From positions 568,048 through 632,047 of the forward strand of contig MU057947.1 of assembly GCA_013265495.1 (NCBI GenBank): a stretch of 64,000 bases of DNA. The letters run 5' to 3'. The notes under the pieces are model-generated. The model searched no databases. It worked only from the letters and a program-made list of their open reading frames with translations, and was not told the DNA's origin. This stretch comes from Vicugna vicugna. Lineage: Eukaryota. Below, piece by piece: positions 1-12,945 of the stretch (position 1 is the stretch's first letter; each line of letters begins with the position of its first letter). The translations under genes and the position numbers were made by a program.

Positions 1-76
1 TGGGTTACAGCTGGGACAGAGGGGCCAGACTGCTCTGGGGTTGGGTGTCACTGCAGTGAGGCACGTGCAGGTGCCT

Positions 77-120
77 GGGCCCTGGGTTGGGGGGCAGTGG
101 TGGGGGCTGGGATTTGGGGG
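77..120 (+). other. G-quadruplex-capable G-run cluster
   Basis: G-runs at 77-79, 84-86, 89-94, 102-106, 109-111 and 116-120 with loops of 2-7 nt, matching the G3+N1-7 pattern. Folding not tested. Confidence 0.5.
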
Positions 121-179
121 TCTCTGCCGTGGACCCGGGAGTTTCCCCGAAACCTGCATCTGACTCTGCTTGCCTGCAG

Positions 180-188
180 ATTGTTAGG
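180..188 (+). other. Candidate 9-nt microexon (ATTGTTAGG)
   Basis: ctgactctgcttgcctgcag|ATTGTTAGG|gtaaga: branch-like CTGAC, TGC-rich acceptor, strong donor and frame-preserving length. No transcript evidence. Confidence 0.2.
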
Positions 189-3100
189 GTAAGAGAGATG
201 GAGGTTCCGCGCAGCTGACAGAGCCCTCTCTCTGTTTTGCCGGCAGCCGCGCTGCAGCGGGCAGAGAGGACGTCCAGTGCGGGGTGTCACAAGGGTCACG
301 TCCCAGGGATCCCACTGCATCTGAGCGCTAAGGCTGTGGAGGAACCTTCTCTACAAATTGCTCCATTGTCATGGCTGGCATTCTGGTTAAAAGTTCATCT
401 GGATTTCAACCTCGCGTGAAATTGCAGAGCTGCGCCTGGAAAGCTCAGCGTCGGTTGAGAACCTTCAGGGAGCTCGTAGACATTTCCGCGAGAATTGAGT
501 AAAACGTGCTGGGTTCCGTTCACTCAAGTTTGGGGGAGTGCAAAAAATCTAAGCGCCATCACTTTTAGTACCGACTTTTAGTGACGTTCGGAAAGGGGAC
601 AGAGCAAAAAGAGAAGCATTATCTTTGATGAAGAAGAAAACCTTTGAAGCCTTTTTCAATCAGGAGTCTGAGATTGGCCGTGCTGGTCAGTCAGGCCCTC
701 TGTCCCCTTATTCTGGGTTTTCCCAGCGGAGGGTGATATGGACCTGTCACCGCTCACTGGCCTCAGCCCTCCCGCGGTGGCAGGGCCCGCGTCTGGACAT
801 CCGGTCCACAGCCCGCTCCTGTGCTGCCCGAGCCCTGGGTGTGGTTTTCACCTTCTCCAAGGGTTTGTGGGGAATATAGGTGAATGGGAAACAGACTTCC
901 CATGGCTGGGAAAGCCTAAAGCACTTCCCACCTGGCGCTCAGCCCCCCAGGGTTGAAACGCAAAGACCCAATGGTTGTGCGGTGTTTTTATGTCCGGAGG
1001 TGGTGGGGCCCTGTGTGGGATCAGGGGCTTCACGCGGGGCCATCGAGTGGACAGAGGTGCAGTGGGTGAGGAGGGTCCAGGCGCCAGCTCTTCCTTCGTG
1101 GCTGCTCAGGTGCCACTGCGTGTTCAGGCCCTGCGAACCCGGCGTGGGGAGAGCCCGGGGCCCGCTGCTCGGGCCGGCAGTGGGGGCGCAGGATGCCCGC
1201 AGCTCTGTCCGGAGGCTGCGTGGGTCCCAAAGCCCAGACGGAGGAGCCAGGCCACCCAGGAGGGCACCCCGGCGTGGCCACTCCGTGGCTGTGGCACCTC
1301 GGGCCAGTTTCCATCTGGAAAACGGGGGGACACTGTTTACCTCAGGGAGTGGGTGAGAGCAGCCCTGAGGGCAGGGCTGGGCGGGCCGGTGGCCACCCTC
1401 ACCTGCAGTGATGAGAGTCAAAAACTGCTCTCTGGAGTAAACAGAAATCGGGAAGGATCTAAAACCATAAGCAAGAAGGTAGCATGTGGGCTCCCAAATA
1501 CTCAGCAGTTGGGTCAAGCCATGTTTGGTCCTTCCATTTGGAGTTGCTGGGTGACTTAGTCTGCTCAGGGACTGTGACAAACCAAGCTGGGCAGCTGGGA
1601 CAGGAGACACAGTTCTCAGAGGCCCAGAGGCTGAAAGTCCAGGGTCGAGGGGCAGCCCACTCGGGTCTTGTGTGACACTCTTCCCGGTTTGCAGACGGCT
1701 GCCCTCGGTCCCCACACGTGGTGGGGAGCAGGGAGCAGCAGCAAGCTCTCTGTGTCTCTGCTGAGGGCACCAGTCCCCCTGGAGGGCTCTGCCCACATCA
1801 CCTGTCACCTCCCCAGGGTCGCACCTCTTAGCACCGTCCCTGGGGGGTTAGGATTCAACCTAGGCATTTTGAGGGGACGCAAACATTCAGTTCCTAACGG
1901 GACGTGAGAATATTGATGCCTGGAATCCTTGACCAGTTCTGAGGACCCTCTGGCCAGGAGTTTGTCGCTTCTCAGGGGCTTGGCTGCGCCCACCTTCCCG
2001 GATGCACAGGAGCAAGCTGACTCACCGCTGCTCCCTCTGGCTTACGTTCAGCGGAGATGTCCCCCCGGGAGGGAGCCGCAGCCTCCGAGCCCCTTCAGGC
2101 AGTGAGACGAGGGCCCTGAGCTGCCTGCTTGTGCTGGGATATCATTTACAAACGTCCTTCTTTGCCCTGGCTCACTCGGCGTTTCCTTCGCCCTCCTTCC
2201 GCGTCTCCCGCACCAGTGCTCACGGCCGCTCCGAACGTGGCTCGTTTTACTACGAGGTGGGTGCTAACAGACACAGACGGAAGCGGGGTGTTGGCTTTTT
2301 AAAGCTGTAGGGTCACATTATATATTCTCATCTTCATCTTGTGTCCTCTTAGTTTTCTGTGTCCATCCCCGAGTCAGCTGTTTCCCATCTTACTGTTCCT
2401 TCTTCCTGGTCACGTAATGCTCCTCAGGGCACTGTACCCAGTGCTCCCAGCCGTGTGCCGGGGCCTCCCCGTGAGCAGTGCAGTGACAGCGCGCCCCACT
2501 TCCCGCAGACTCCGCAGCAAAGACACACGTGGCACGTGCTCTGTATCCACGGGGACGATATGTCCTGGGATGGACTCATATGGCTGCAGCGTTGACACCG
2601 GCTATGAGTATTTCTTCCTCTAATAGGTCATTTCTGTATTTTTCCTGGAAGCTGTGGCAGTTTACACTTCCTCAAAGAGACAGGTGGCAGGTGACATAGT
2701 TTGTCGCCTGATGGGGATGAAGGTCCTATTAACGTGCACATTCCTGGAGAGGCTGAGCGCTCGCGTTGGCCAGCTGCTCCGGTAGCTTTCTGTCACCAGC
2801 GTGCTCCACTTCAGTGCCTAGGGCGCCGCAGGCATGCCGGCCCTCCCTGACCTGGCACTGTCCCTGGGACACTTCTGTGACCACCACTGGCTGCAGCTCC
2901 TCCGGGGGCCCCCATGTGTCCACCGACCCCGGGCTCCCACCCACACGGCACCACTGTCCTGGGACGGTTGTCCCGACTGCATCTAGTTGTGAACCGCTCT
3001 CGTCTGTGTCCCTGCAGGCCGACCTGAGTTCCCTCTGGCTTTTGGCCGCTGGTGAGGGACACCATGGACTAGAAACAAGAAAGCCCCCTGCTTGGCGGAA

Positions 3101-3329
3101 CTTGGGGCAACAGGTTGAGATCACTTCCTGTTCCTCCTGTAAAACTGGAAGGAGGACATTTGGGGCACTCATCGAACCGTCACCCGTCTCATCACTAAAA
3201 ATAGACCCTGAGCGGCTTGGGCTGTGCAGGACACGGTGACTGGGGAGCTGTTTCTTGACGGAGGCAGGTTGGCAGATAGCTGGTGAGCTTATTTTTTTGC
3301 TCAGTGAACTAGCAAGAACAACACCCGTT

Positions 3330-3730
3330 ACTTTCATCGGATTACTTGTTTCAAGATTAAATTAATCAAATTAGGTAAACATCTGTATTGCCTGCCCCTC
3401 GGCGCCCCAGCGGGCTGCCCTCAAAATGGCCTGCTCGGCTGTCAGCTGGTCCTGGAGTGTCCTTAGGTGCGGGCAGTGGCTGTGACCTGCTGAGGTGGCC
3501 GGCTTTCCAGACAAGTATGAAATGCCCGAATTAATAGGAAAGCTCGCTGCATTGTCTGATGGCTTCCTGGAAAGCAATAATTAGAAAACATTTTTCATGG
3601 TGGAACCTGAGGTTTAAGCTACCCAGAGAAATTGGATGTTTCAAAATACTCCTAGTTGGTTAGTGAAACATTAGTATTAATGACAAATTAATATTAATAT
3701 CAATATCAGAGTTGAGTGTGTAGCCTTGGG
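3330..3730. promoter_or_regulatory. Putative enhancer / conserved non-coding element
   Basis: Repeat-free and TAAT/ATTA-rich, with palindromes GATTAA-A-TTAATC (3355-3367) and ATTAATATTAAT (3687-3698). Conservation is inferred, not measured. Confidence 0.35.
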
Positions 3731-5559
3731 AAGAGAAAGGAAGGGCTTCAAGGCCCAGGTTTAAGTAGCCCCCCCCATGCCTCACCACGTTGCCGACATT
3801 TTTCATCTGAAAGCTTTTTTTTTTTTTAAACACAAAAACTTAGATGTGAAAAATTCTACACATTGGGAAGAGGTGTCAGCATTTGAACGGCAAATGATTA
3901 AAGCTTTATGACTAAAGTAATGGGTTTGGCTTCCGTCTTCCCAGTGGAGCAGCGAGCAGAGGCCCTTTTGGTTTGCAAACAGAAGCGCACGCCCTCGGTG
4001 GGGACCCAGCCCTGCTTCCCTGCCCGCCTCGTGGCACCACCCGAGTGGCGGCAACACGCGGCTTCAGGTTGAGCTCTTGCTGCTTTCTGTTTAACTGAGG
4101 TTTCCCTGCACTTGATTTTCCTCCGTCAAGGTGTTTCTGAGCCGACTTTGGTGGCTCAGAACCATTCTTGAGGGACGAGAGTCCAGCCTTCCCAGCAGGG
4201 ATGTTTGGTGACCAGTGAGGGGGCCACCTGGCAGGGCCACCCGGCTCCCACCTCCTGCCCTGTGAGTTGAAACCATGCCTGAGTCCTCCTGATGACCTGG
4301 AGGGCTTCGGTTCAGGCCTGCCCCCGGTTACAAAAATCCAGTGATGGTGGCTCGTGTGTCAGGTTACTTCAGGGTAGCAAAGAGGAAGCACGGCTCTTCT
4401 GATTCACTTTGATTTGGTCTAAAGTAAGTAACAAAGTCCTGGCGGAAACCGCCAAGGAAATGTCTCCCTGCATCACGTTCGGCCGTGAGGGGAGCACAGC
4501 CGGTGTCCTAGGCTCCTGGACACTTCGGGGCAGCAAAGACATGGTGTCGGAGCGGCCGCCGTCACAAAAAGCAGAGTAGAGCCGTGTCGCAGCAGCGCGT
4601 CGCAGCCGTGGAAATCCCCGGAGCTCATCGGCCCATGACCAGCCAAGTCCCCAGAGACCAACAGTTAATCAGGCTCGCCGAGCCTTTTCCTGGCCACTGT
4701 CACACGTGTCACATCCCACAGAAGCCATATCTCCGCCTTCCTCCGCCCTGAAGAAGCAAAGCTGATGTTTGGTTTGTCAGACTTCTTTACCCTCTGATCA
4801 AATGACCCTTTATTCTCTGTGTTTGGGAGAAGTGTTTTAATTTTCATGGCGGCAAGTGTAATACTAAATCACATACTTTCTGAGTTTTGGTTTTTATTGC
4901 CTGGAAAGTCACCAGTCAGTATTGTAACGCTGGTTTCAAGGGAAGTGTTGTGAGTGTCCCGTGACCAGTCGGGTACGCTAAAGAGGACTGCCTTCTTCCA
5001 GACTCCACGGTAGATTAGAACTGAAGACTTCAGGGTACACAGCGCCTTAAAACTGATGTAAGTTTAAAAAGATTCAGAGGTCAGTCTGAAGACCAGGTTG
5101 TGCATTCGTGGTGTCATGACAGAGTCTCTCAGTGAAAGTTACTGTGTATTGAGGAAATTTATTGTGCCTCGCTCTGTGAACTTCCATGTTACAGTCACAG
5201 CGCCTGCAGACGTGGCCATGGGGCCTGGAGTAGACCTGCCCTGCTTGTTGTGGTGTTTCCTGCGTGCCTTTCAAGCTTGCTTCCAGGTAGTTAAGACCTG
5301 CCGTGCAGAGGAGAGATGCTGTCAAGCAAACACTGTAAGGAAGGGGGAGGCCCACAGCCAAGACTGAGGGCACCTGTGTCCTGGGCGTCACGGAGGTCCT
5401 GCCCGTGCCCCCACCCACTCAGTTCAGCCTCCACACTGAGGTGAACTTTCTGTCATGATTTGTCTAGCTTTCTGAGGTCTACATAGATTTCTGGATAGTC
5501 TTAGAAATGTCACATACCGCTTCGGGAGTGTGTGCAAATATATCTCCTATGTTTTACTT

Positions 5560-6510
5560 TGCAATTAAAAAAGTCACCCTTAATGTTTCAGTGTGCCGAT
5601 CCTGAAGCTTAGCACAAAGAGAAAACAGATTTTCCTCAGAAGCTAATTTCAGGTCTTTAGGCATCTAAATGAATGGATTTTATAATCTCCCCCAAAACCT
5701 GTTTATTCTAATGCCCCTGTTATAAATTTGGAATATTTTTTGCAAACTCATATAAACAGGTAATTGACACAACTGAAATTCTTGTCACATATTTATTGCC
5801 CTATCAGCTAAAATTTTTAAGTGACAAGAACCAAAATAACCATTAATTTTTATAGGGCAAGGATCTGGCTTTTTGTCTGACACAAAGCTGTATAAAAAAC
5901 TGCTTCTGATTTTATGCACATTGTTTTTAGTTAATGATTTTCAGCTGTTTGTTGTTCCTCCGATAGCATGAAAACGTACCATATGCTCAGCCAAAAGACA
6001 AATGATTAGCAAATGAAATTCCGGACAGCTGTCTGACTGAGCGCGCTGGGTTGATAGCATTCTGCTATCATAATTAGCTTAAGCTTTGGGTTAATTAACT
6101 TTCTACCTGGATATGCATAATAATAGCAAACTGCAAAAAGCAAGAAGCTTTCAGTACATCAACAACATTGCTGTCTTTTTTATTTGGTATTTCAAGAGCA
6201 TATTAGAATTTCAAGAGTGATTAATCCTGGGAATTTGTCATCTACTGTAGATTTTATTTGCAAGCCAGATAATACTGAAACAATTGGAATCTATTATAGA
6301 GCAGAAATAGCATTTAAAATTGTAATTAAAGTTTCTAAAAGCAATTGCTAATTTCAAATGCCTTTGTTGGCAAGAATATTAGGCTTCTTGTCTGGGCAGC
6401 TTGTCGGATACAAAAAATACCAGCAGTTAACACTGGGAAGAATAAAACTTTCTTTTCTTGAAGGGCTGCGTTGAAATCATCAATTATTTTTCTGTAATTT
6501 GAAACTGAGA
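5560..6510. promoter_or_regulatory. Putative deeply conserved developmental enhancer
   Basis: About 950-bp AT-rich, high-complexity, repeat-free block in GC-rich surroundings. Many TAAT/TAATTA, TGACA/TGTCA and GATA motifs, and a palindrome cluster at 6024-6098. Confidence 0.55.
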
Positions 6511-8383
6511 CTATTCTGTAGTTTGGGGAGGTGCTGCTCAAACTCCGAGCCTCGAGATGGAAACGCTGGGCTGGGCACTGACTCCTTCCTCCCCTTTGGC
6601 CCGGCGGAAGTCGGCGGGCTGGACGGGCGCTGCCCTCTGTCCTTGAGTCACGATCTGATATGTGCACCTCTGCCAGCGAGCGCCGGGGGTCTGATTTTTT
6701 TTAAAAGTCAGTGCTCTGTGTTGGTAGCTTGGTATATATTTTCTACCAAAAGCAGTTTGTAAATCAATTTGCCGATTTGATAAGATGGGGAGAGAAAGGG
6801 CTTCGTCTCCTCCCTCCTCTCGTCTGCGTGATTTAGCAGAGCGCTCTCTAAGATGCTCATCATCTTCCGGGGCTGCTCGGGGCCTTGGGAGAGCACCAGC
6901 GAGTGAAGTGGATTGTGGATTTGGAGTAAAAATTGTAGTTTACATTTCCCAAAGCACCGGAGAGCCTAGCACTTAATTCTGGAATAAGTCATGCTTGTTG
7001 TTACACTCAGAAAAATATTTTATCTTCGGGAAAAAAAAAATCCTTTGCGTATGCAGTGGACGGTGAAGATTGGGTGACAGTAGGCTTCACTGTGGCTCCA
7101 GAGGACTCTCCTTACAGGGTTTAGCCGCCACTAATGTGCTGCTTTCTCAGATTTGTGACTTGGGGCCGTCTGTGGGCTTAGGAGCACCCATTTGGTCACT
7201 TCATGCAAGTTTTATAGGCCTGTCAGAAGCCATTTTTCAAAATTGGCTTCATTGGAAAACACGGGGAGGAGCCCACCCTCCCGGGGCAGTTAATGAAAGG
7301 GGCGTCTCCTGGGGGCCCGTCCACAGGAGGCGGGCTGGGTTGCTCCGGGCTCTCGGGGAGGATGGGGTACCCCAGCTGTACCCCGAAGTGGGCCCGACTC
7401 CACGGAGGCCTTTCCTCATTTTTGAAGTGACGTCTCCAGCAGTCCTTCACTCTGGTCTTTAAAAGGATGCTGCCAGAGCCTCCGTTTTCTTTGTGTCTTG
7501 TCGGCCCCGGGCCGTGAGGATCAAGATGGCACAGGAGCCAGGAGACAAGGAAGAAACACGATGCCAGATTTGGGGTGGATCCCTTATGTCTGCGTCTCAG
7601 CTTTTCTGCCGTGTGGCAGAAACCTGGTTATTTGTTTGCCTTCTGAGATTTATTTTAATACTTCATTAAGTGAAGCATGAGCAAGCTCAGGATGCAAAAA
7701 ACTTCAGTGCATCCTGTTTCCACATACAAATAAAGGAGCTTTTAAAAGGCAAGACATGGAAACCCTATTGTGAGGGTGATACTCTGCATAGGTTCTTATT
7801 AGCTACTGAGAGAGAGAGAAGGAAAGAGAGTAAAATGCATCCAGGCCCCATTTTTGGCCTGAATGTCTTGATTGTTGTGTGTCAAATGCCATCTCACACG
7901 TACTGTAAACTAACGATATTTAAAAAAAAAAAAAACACTTGTTCTCCTCTTTGCGCTGCTTGATCTTTAATTTCTTTTAATGTCAAAATTATTTATTTGG
8001 CCTGTTCTATTCCAGATGTGACTGTGAGGGCACATTAATTTATATTCTGTTTTCATGGCCCCCTGTCCCCATCTGTACGTCATTTCTGAATTTCGTTTTC
8101 TCCCCAGGGAGTTCACCTCTTCATACTGTAGGTTTCATTTGCTGTGTAAACAGAATAAAGACAATGCAAAAATCCCTACAATACCAGAAAATAATTCTTT
8201 TCAACAGCATAGTGGATCATATTTAAAAAAAACATTGAAAATGCAACCCATGTGAGGCCCTGTTTTTTTCCCACTTTATTGTGCTCTGGAGGGAAGGCTC
8301 ATGTTACCACGACACGTCTCCCCTGGATTTGATAAGTTCATTTTTATTAAAAATACATCCCAAACAGCATTTTATGGTAATCC

Positions 8384-9440
8384 TCAAGCACACGTTGTGG
8401 ACATGTCTTTGTGCCGCGTCTCAGCTCGGTGTCGCCGGCCGAGCCGCAACGCCTCGCTCAACCGGTGTGCGCTTCCGCGGCTGAAAAAGACAGGTTCTGT
8501 CGCGTTTGTGTGAAAAGCAGCATCAAAGAGCCGCGGTTTTCTTTTCTGGCATTTACAAATAAAGAGGGACATGAGTTATTTATGCCCCCGTGTTGCTGCA
8601 AAGTCCTTATCTCCGTGTGGCACTAAACAAGGATTTGCTGTGGGATTGTCGAGGGCCGCCTAGTGCTCCAGTGTTAAGCGCCCAAAACTCTAGGGGACTG
8701 GCACTAATTTCCTCTCTCTCGTAAAACAACATAGTATTCATAACAACTCGAGAGGCCTGACATAAGTAACGACGGCGTGTGCGGGCGGAGATTACCGCCC
8801 CGCCGTGTAATCAAGGCGCCGGGTCCTAACGCAAGGCAAACGCAGACAATGCGGCCGCAAGGCGCGCGGCGGGATGAGGCGCGCTGCCGCCCGCCCGCCC
8901 GCGCTGTTCACACTTACTGACCTCAAAATGTGTATGTCGTTAACACCGTGTGCTGACGTGGGAGAGAACACGGCTCGGGAGCGAGCGGACTCCCGGCCCC
9001 CGCTGGCTTCTGTCTCTTTCGGTAATTGGCGGCTTCTCCTGCCGTATCAGCGAGCCGAGCGCGGAGCAGGGGCCCCGAGGTCTCGGTAAACATGCGGTGG
9101 GCGCGCGGAGCCGGGCTCTCCCAGCGCGAGGCGGGCATTTACATACTTTGAATGAAGAGTCATTTGTGCCTGCAAAATTGTGATTGCCGGAGCAGATTTA
9201 AATGCTGGTCGTATGGAAATAGGAAATAAAGTCATATTAAATTTTGATGCTCAGATCAATATTGTGGAGCCCAGGTAATTAAAGTGGGTTTGTTTATTTG
9301 GCTCCTTATAAATAGAAAGGGCTTAATACAGACTAATTACACAGAATCTTTCGTCTGCGGTAGGATAATAATGGCAGCAATTTAAAGTGATATTAAGTGA
9401 GAATTAATAAAGGCATACTGAGTCACTTTGACTGCTATGC
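8384..9440. promoter_or_regulatory. Orphan CpG-island-like element joined to an AT-rich enhancer-like block
   Basis: Visibly dense CpG at 8410-8500 and 8770-9135 (GCGGCCGC, GGCGCGCGGCGG, CCGCCCGCCCGCCCGCGC), followed by a TAAT-rich block at 9140-9440. No associated exon recognised. Confidence 0.5.
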
Positions 9441-10189
9441 CGTGAAGTGAGTCCTCATCTCAGTCTGACTCTCCGTCTTGCTCAGTGATTGGTGAGCAGT
9501 GACTTTCTGTGCAGCTCGTCTGTAACAATGTTTGCAATATTTAATTACTGACAGCTGGACCTGTGACTTTCTTGTTTGGGGACAGGTTGGAAAGCCCGTG
9601 CTTACGATACGAGCTCATAGGACCACTCAGGTCCACATGCTGGACCAGGGTCCCGAGTGGGCATCTCACGGGGGTGGGGGTAGCAGGTCAAGAGGTTTGA
9701 CTTGTGTTCGACTTAGCTCATTGGCAGTGCAGCCCGGGCAGACCTGTGGGCAGAAAGGCTGAGAGCCAGACATCTCGAAGGAGACCTGGAGCCACATCTA
9801 AACCTGGAGGAGGAAGCAAGCGGTCACTTCTCCTCTTGTCAGAAAACTGCAGAGCGGTTACCTGAAAGAAATCAGACCACGTGGATAATACTGAAGATTA
9901 GTAGCATTTAACCTCAGGACGGACTTTCTGTTCTACAGTGAGCCACCTGTGAAGAGGTCTGATTTGATCCCTCATCTGAAGCGTGTTGATAGCAACTGAG
10001 CCCACTGGACGCAGTGACTGTTAAGTGACCTCCAGGTGGACTGGTTGTTGCGGGGCGTTCGTGCTTTGCTCTGTGTTGTTTGCAGGCTAACTTGGGTGTG
10101 ACTTCCCTTCACTCCGCAGCGCAGCATGTCACATCCATGTTAGCGTTTCTGCCCTTTTAAAGGGTCCTGCTGAAGGTCAAGACCCCACA

Positions 10190-10830
10190 CTGAACACCCT
10201 TTTTATATATATTACAAATTGCCGGAATTGTTCATTAATTTCTGTCTTTGAAATGCCATGTCAAACCTCTGAAGGAATTCACGACGCCAGTGTCCCTTGG
10301 ACAGCTCCTCACCATGGTCCAGTGCGAATTTCTGATGAAATTACAGGTGCAGGGAAATGCAGAATTAGAAATATATCTGATGTTGCAATACTTGTGAAGC
10401 TATAGCTTTGTTGATGACAGGACAATTCCATTTTTGACAGTTTAATTTACTCTTGCCAGTGGACAGGAGCAAGAGGAGAGCGTGGGGTGAGCCACCTGCC
10501 CCCTCATACCGTGTTTCACATGCGAGGTTGCAAAATCATGACTCCCTCAACCTGTCGGGCTCAAATGAGAAGGTTTTCAGCTGGGAAAATGGAATATATC
10601 AGTGCATGTAATATTGCCTGACCTCATAAAACAAAAGGGAAAATTGCAGATTCTGACAGCCATTATGAATCTTGTATCAGCATCCAAAACGGCTCGGAGC
10701 CGAGGTGGAGCACATGTTTATAATAGAAAAAAAACAGGGTTGCCACGTTGACTTGCAATGTGGAGCAAAAAATGACTTGTCAGTAATTCGTTCTCAGATG
10801 TTAAAGAGGCTGTTGAATTTACTAGTATAC
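10190..10830. promoter_or_regulatory. Putative conserved non-coding element
   Basis: Repeat-free AT-rich block with several TGACAG/TGTCA (MEIS/TALE-type) and TAAT motifs. Confidence 0.35.
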
Positions 10831-12945
10831 ACACAGAAGAATGTTTAGCCCGGAGCAGAGTGTGGAAATGGTCTCTACACAGAGGGGTCTACTAAGTTGT
10901 CGGAGAGCCAGCCTGTGATGGAAGGCAGAGGGTCGGAATCCCACGTCCGCGCTGCAGCTGTGCTGCGGGACCGGCTTTCTCACTGCGAGGCATACTGAGC
11001 CCTTTTTTTCCTCATCCCTTGCAAAGTGCATAAATAACAGAACTTCTGAAATAAAGCAAATGTTGTTTTGAAATTACGGGAATCACTTGAATTGAATGTA
11101 TTCTGTTGGAAAACTGGTGTATTGAGGCATGGCTTTTTATCTTACGCTTAAAAAGTTTTATTTATATTAAAATAAGGCGTAATCTCTCTGCATGTAATTG
11201 TGTGCTTTCCAATTTAGTTTCTCTCCTTAATAGTCTATTCCTTCACCTCCTCGCCTGTTTCTTTTATGTTATTCCACGAAAAACGTTTATGAGTACAATA
11301 ATTATCTCAGCTGTTTACAGTAATTTTTTTTGAAGTGGGGGAGGGTTTGGCTTGAGAATATAGGAGCTTTTGAGGCCGGGGTAAGACCCATCCTGTGTCC
11401 CTGGGCCAGTGTCCCATTCTCTGCCTCCTTTCTCTTTCATCTCATGTGCTAGACGTGGGTTCTGGTTAATTTTTCCTGTGCTGTTTGTTTAAAGTGAGAT
11501 GTAGCAGCTGATTTAAGGGAAACAAAGCTAAGTTTAGCTAAGGCACAGTGTCCCTTTGGGGGGCGGGGAGCCTGCTTGTGTGTCATCAGGCAGTGGCAGC
11601 AAGAAGACAAGGTGTGTTCTGCACTCTGAACCCCTTAGACCTCACCCAGGTGGGCTGGGCTGAGTGGCGTAAGTTCATTGCAGGCGAGGGCTCTGTATGT
11701 GACAACGGCGATAATACAAGTGGGAAATGATTTTGAGAGGCAAATAAGGGGTTTGGTTCAGAAGAGGGGATCATCCATCAGTATCTTCACCCACCCCCTT
11801 CCTGGCACCCGCAGTCCTCTGGCGTCACGCAGACCCGCCCTGCAGGCTGGAGGGCCGTGGTCGGTCAGGGTCACCGGTAACCTGTGTTACCACCGGGGGA
11901 AGAAAGGCTGGGAGCCAAGCTGCTCCTGCTGCTCTGTGGGGGCCGGCCCGCTTCTTTCCAGCCCCTCGTGCCGGAAGGCGATAAGCCAAGTACTAGGAGC
12001 ATGAAGGGCTCTGCGTTAAGCGGATGCGCATTCGGTCTTGCCCGGACGGCCCCCAGCGAGGGCCAGGACAAACAGCCTGCCCCCTCCCCGCCCAGAGCTC
12101 GCAGTCTGAGGAGGCCGAGGTCCGAGTCAGTGACTGAGTGATGTTCAGAGTGTGACAGAGCGTGGAGGGAGGCCTCGCTCGGTGTCTCCTTGTCGGGGGC
12201 ACCGCAGAAGTGGGTGGCGGGGAGGCAGGTAGCAGGGGTGAGGCCTTTAGAAAAGGCAAGAGGGAGGATGGAAATCCAGAGCAGCAGGGCTCCAGGAGCC
12301 TCCTTGCGGCACCACATCTGCTGCTGAAAACCAAAGGAGGCGAGTGGAGAGCGCCAGGCTTACACCGAGGGCCTCAGCTGTGGGGATGTCTCCACATGTG
12401 GCGCACTGTTGTTTGGATCAGTTTGGAAAATATTCTCACGTGTTTAAATATCCCACTTAGAGTTACCATATAGTCTGTGTATGTGAACTAGAATTTTCAG
12501 ACTTAAAATATATTAAAATATTTTTAATGTTAGAGTATACTGGGTTTTGAAGACACTGTCATCTTATAGTAATTTCACCTGAGTCTTTGTAAATATCACC
12601 ATTATTGTATTAAAGCCAGAAGCCTTAAAACACTTTGCAGGGCACGTGTGATCCGCCCACCAGTTCACCCCCAACCCTTCTTTGAACTAGCCTCCGTCTT
12701 CCCCCACCCTCTGTTCCAGCACTGATGCCCTCCTCGCTATTCCTGAAATCTGCCAAGTATGTGCTACCCCAGGGCCTTTGCATGTGCTGTTCCCCCTGCC
12801 AGGAACACTTGACCTTTGCCTCCAGATCCACATAGCTGCCCATCATTTTCTTGAATTCTCTGCCATGGGCAGTAATGACCCCTCATCCCTACTATAGCAC
12901 TCCTGATCTCAGTTTCCTGTCTTTAAAAAATATAATCGTCTAGAG

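Noticed and set aside
939..1808. 289-aa minus-strand ORF and overlapping ORFs
   Set aside because: Pro/Gly/Arg/Ala-rich with no recognisable domain and open frames on both strands, as expected in GC-rich non-coding DNA.
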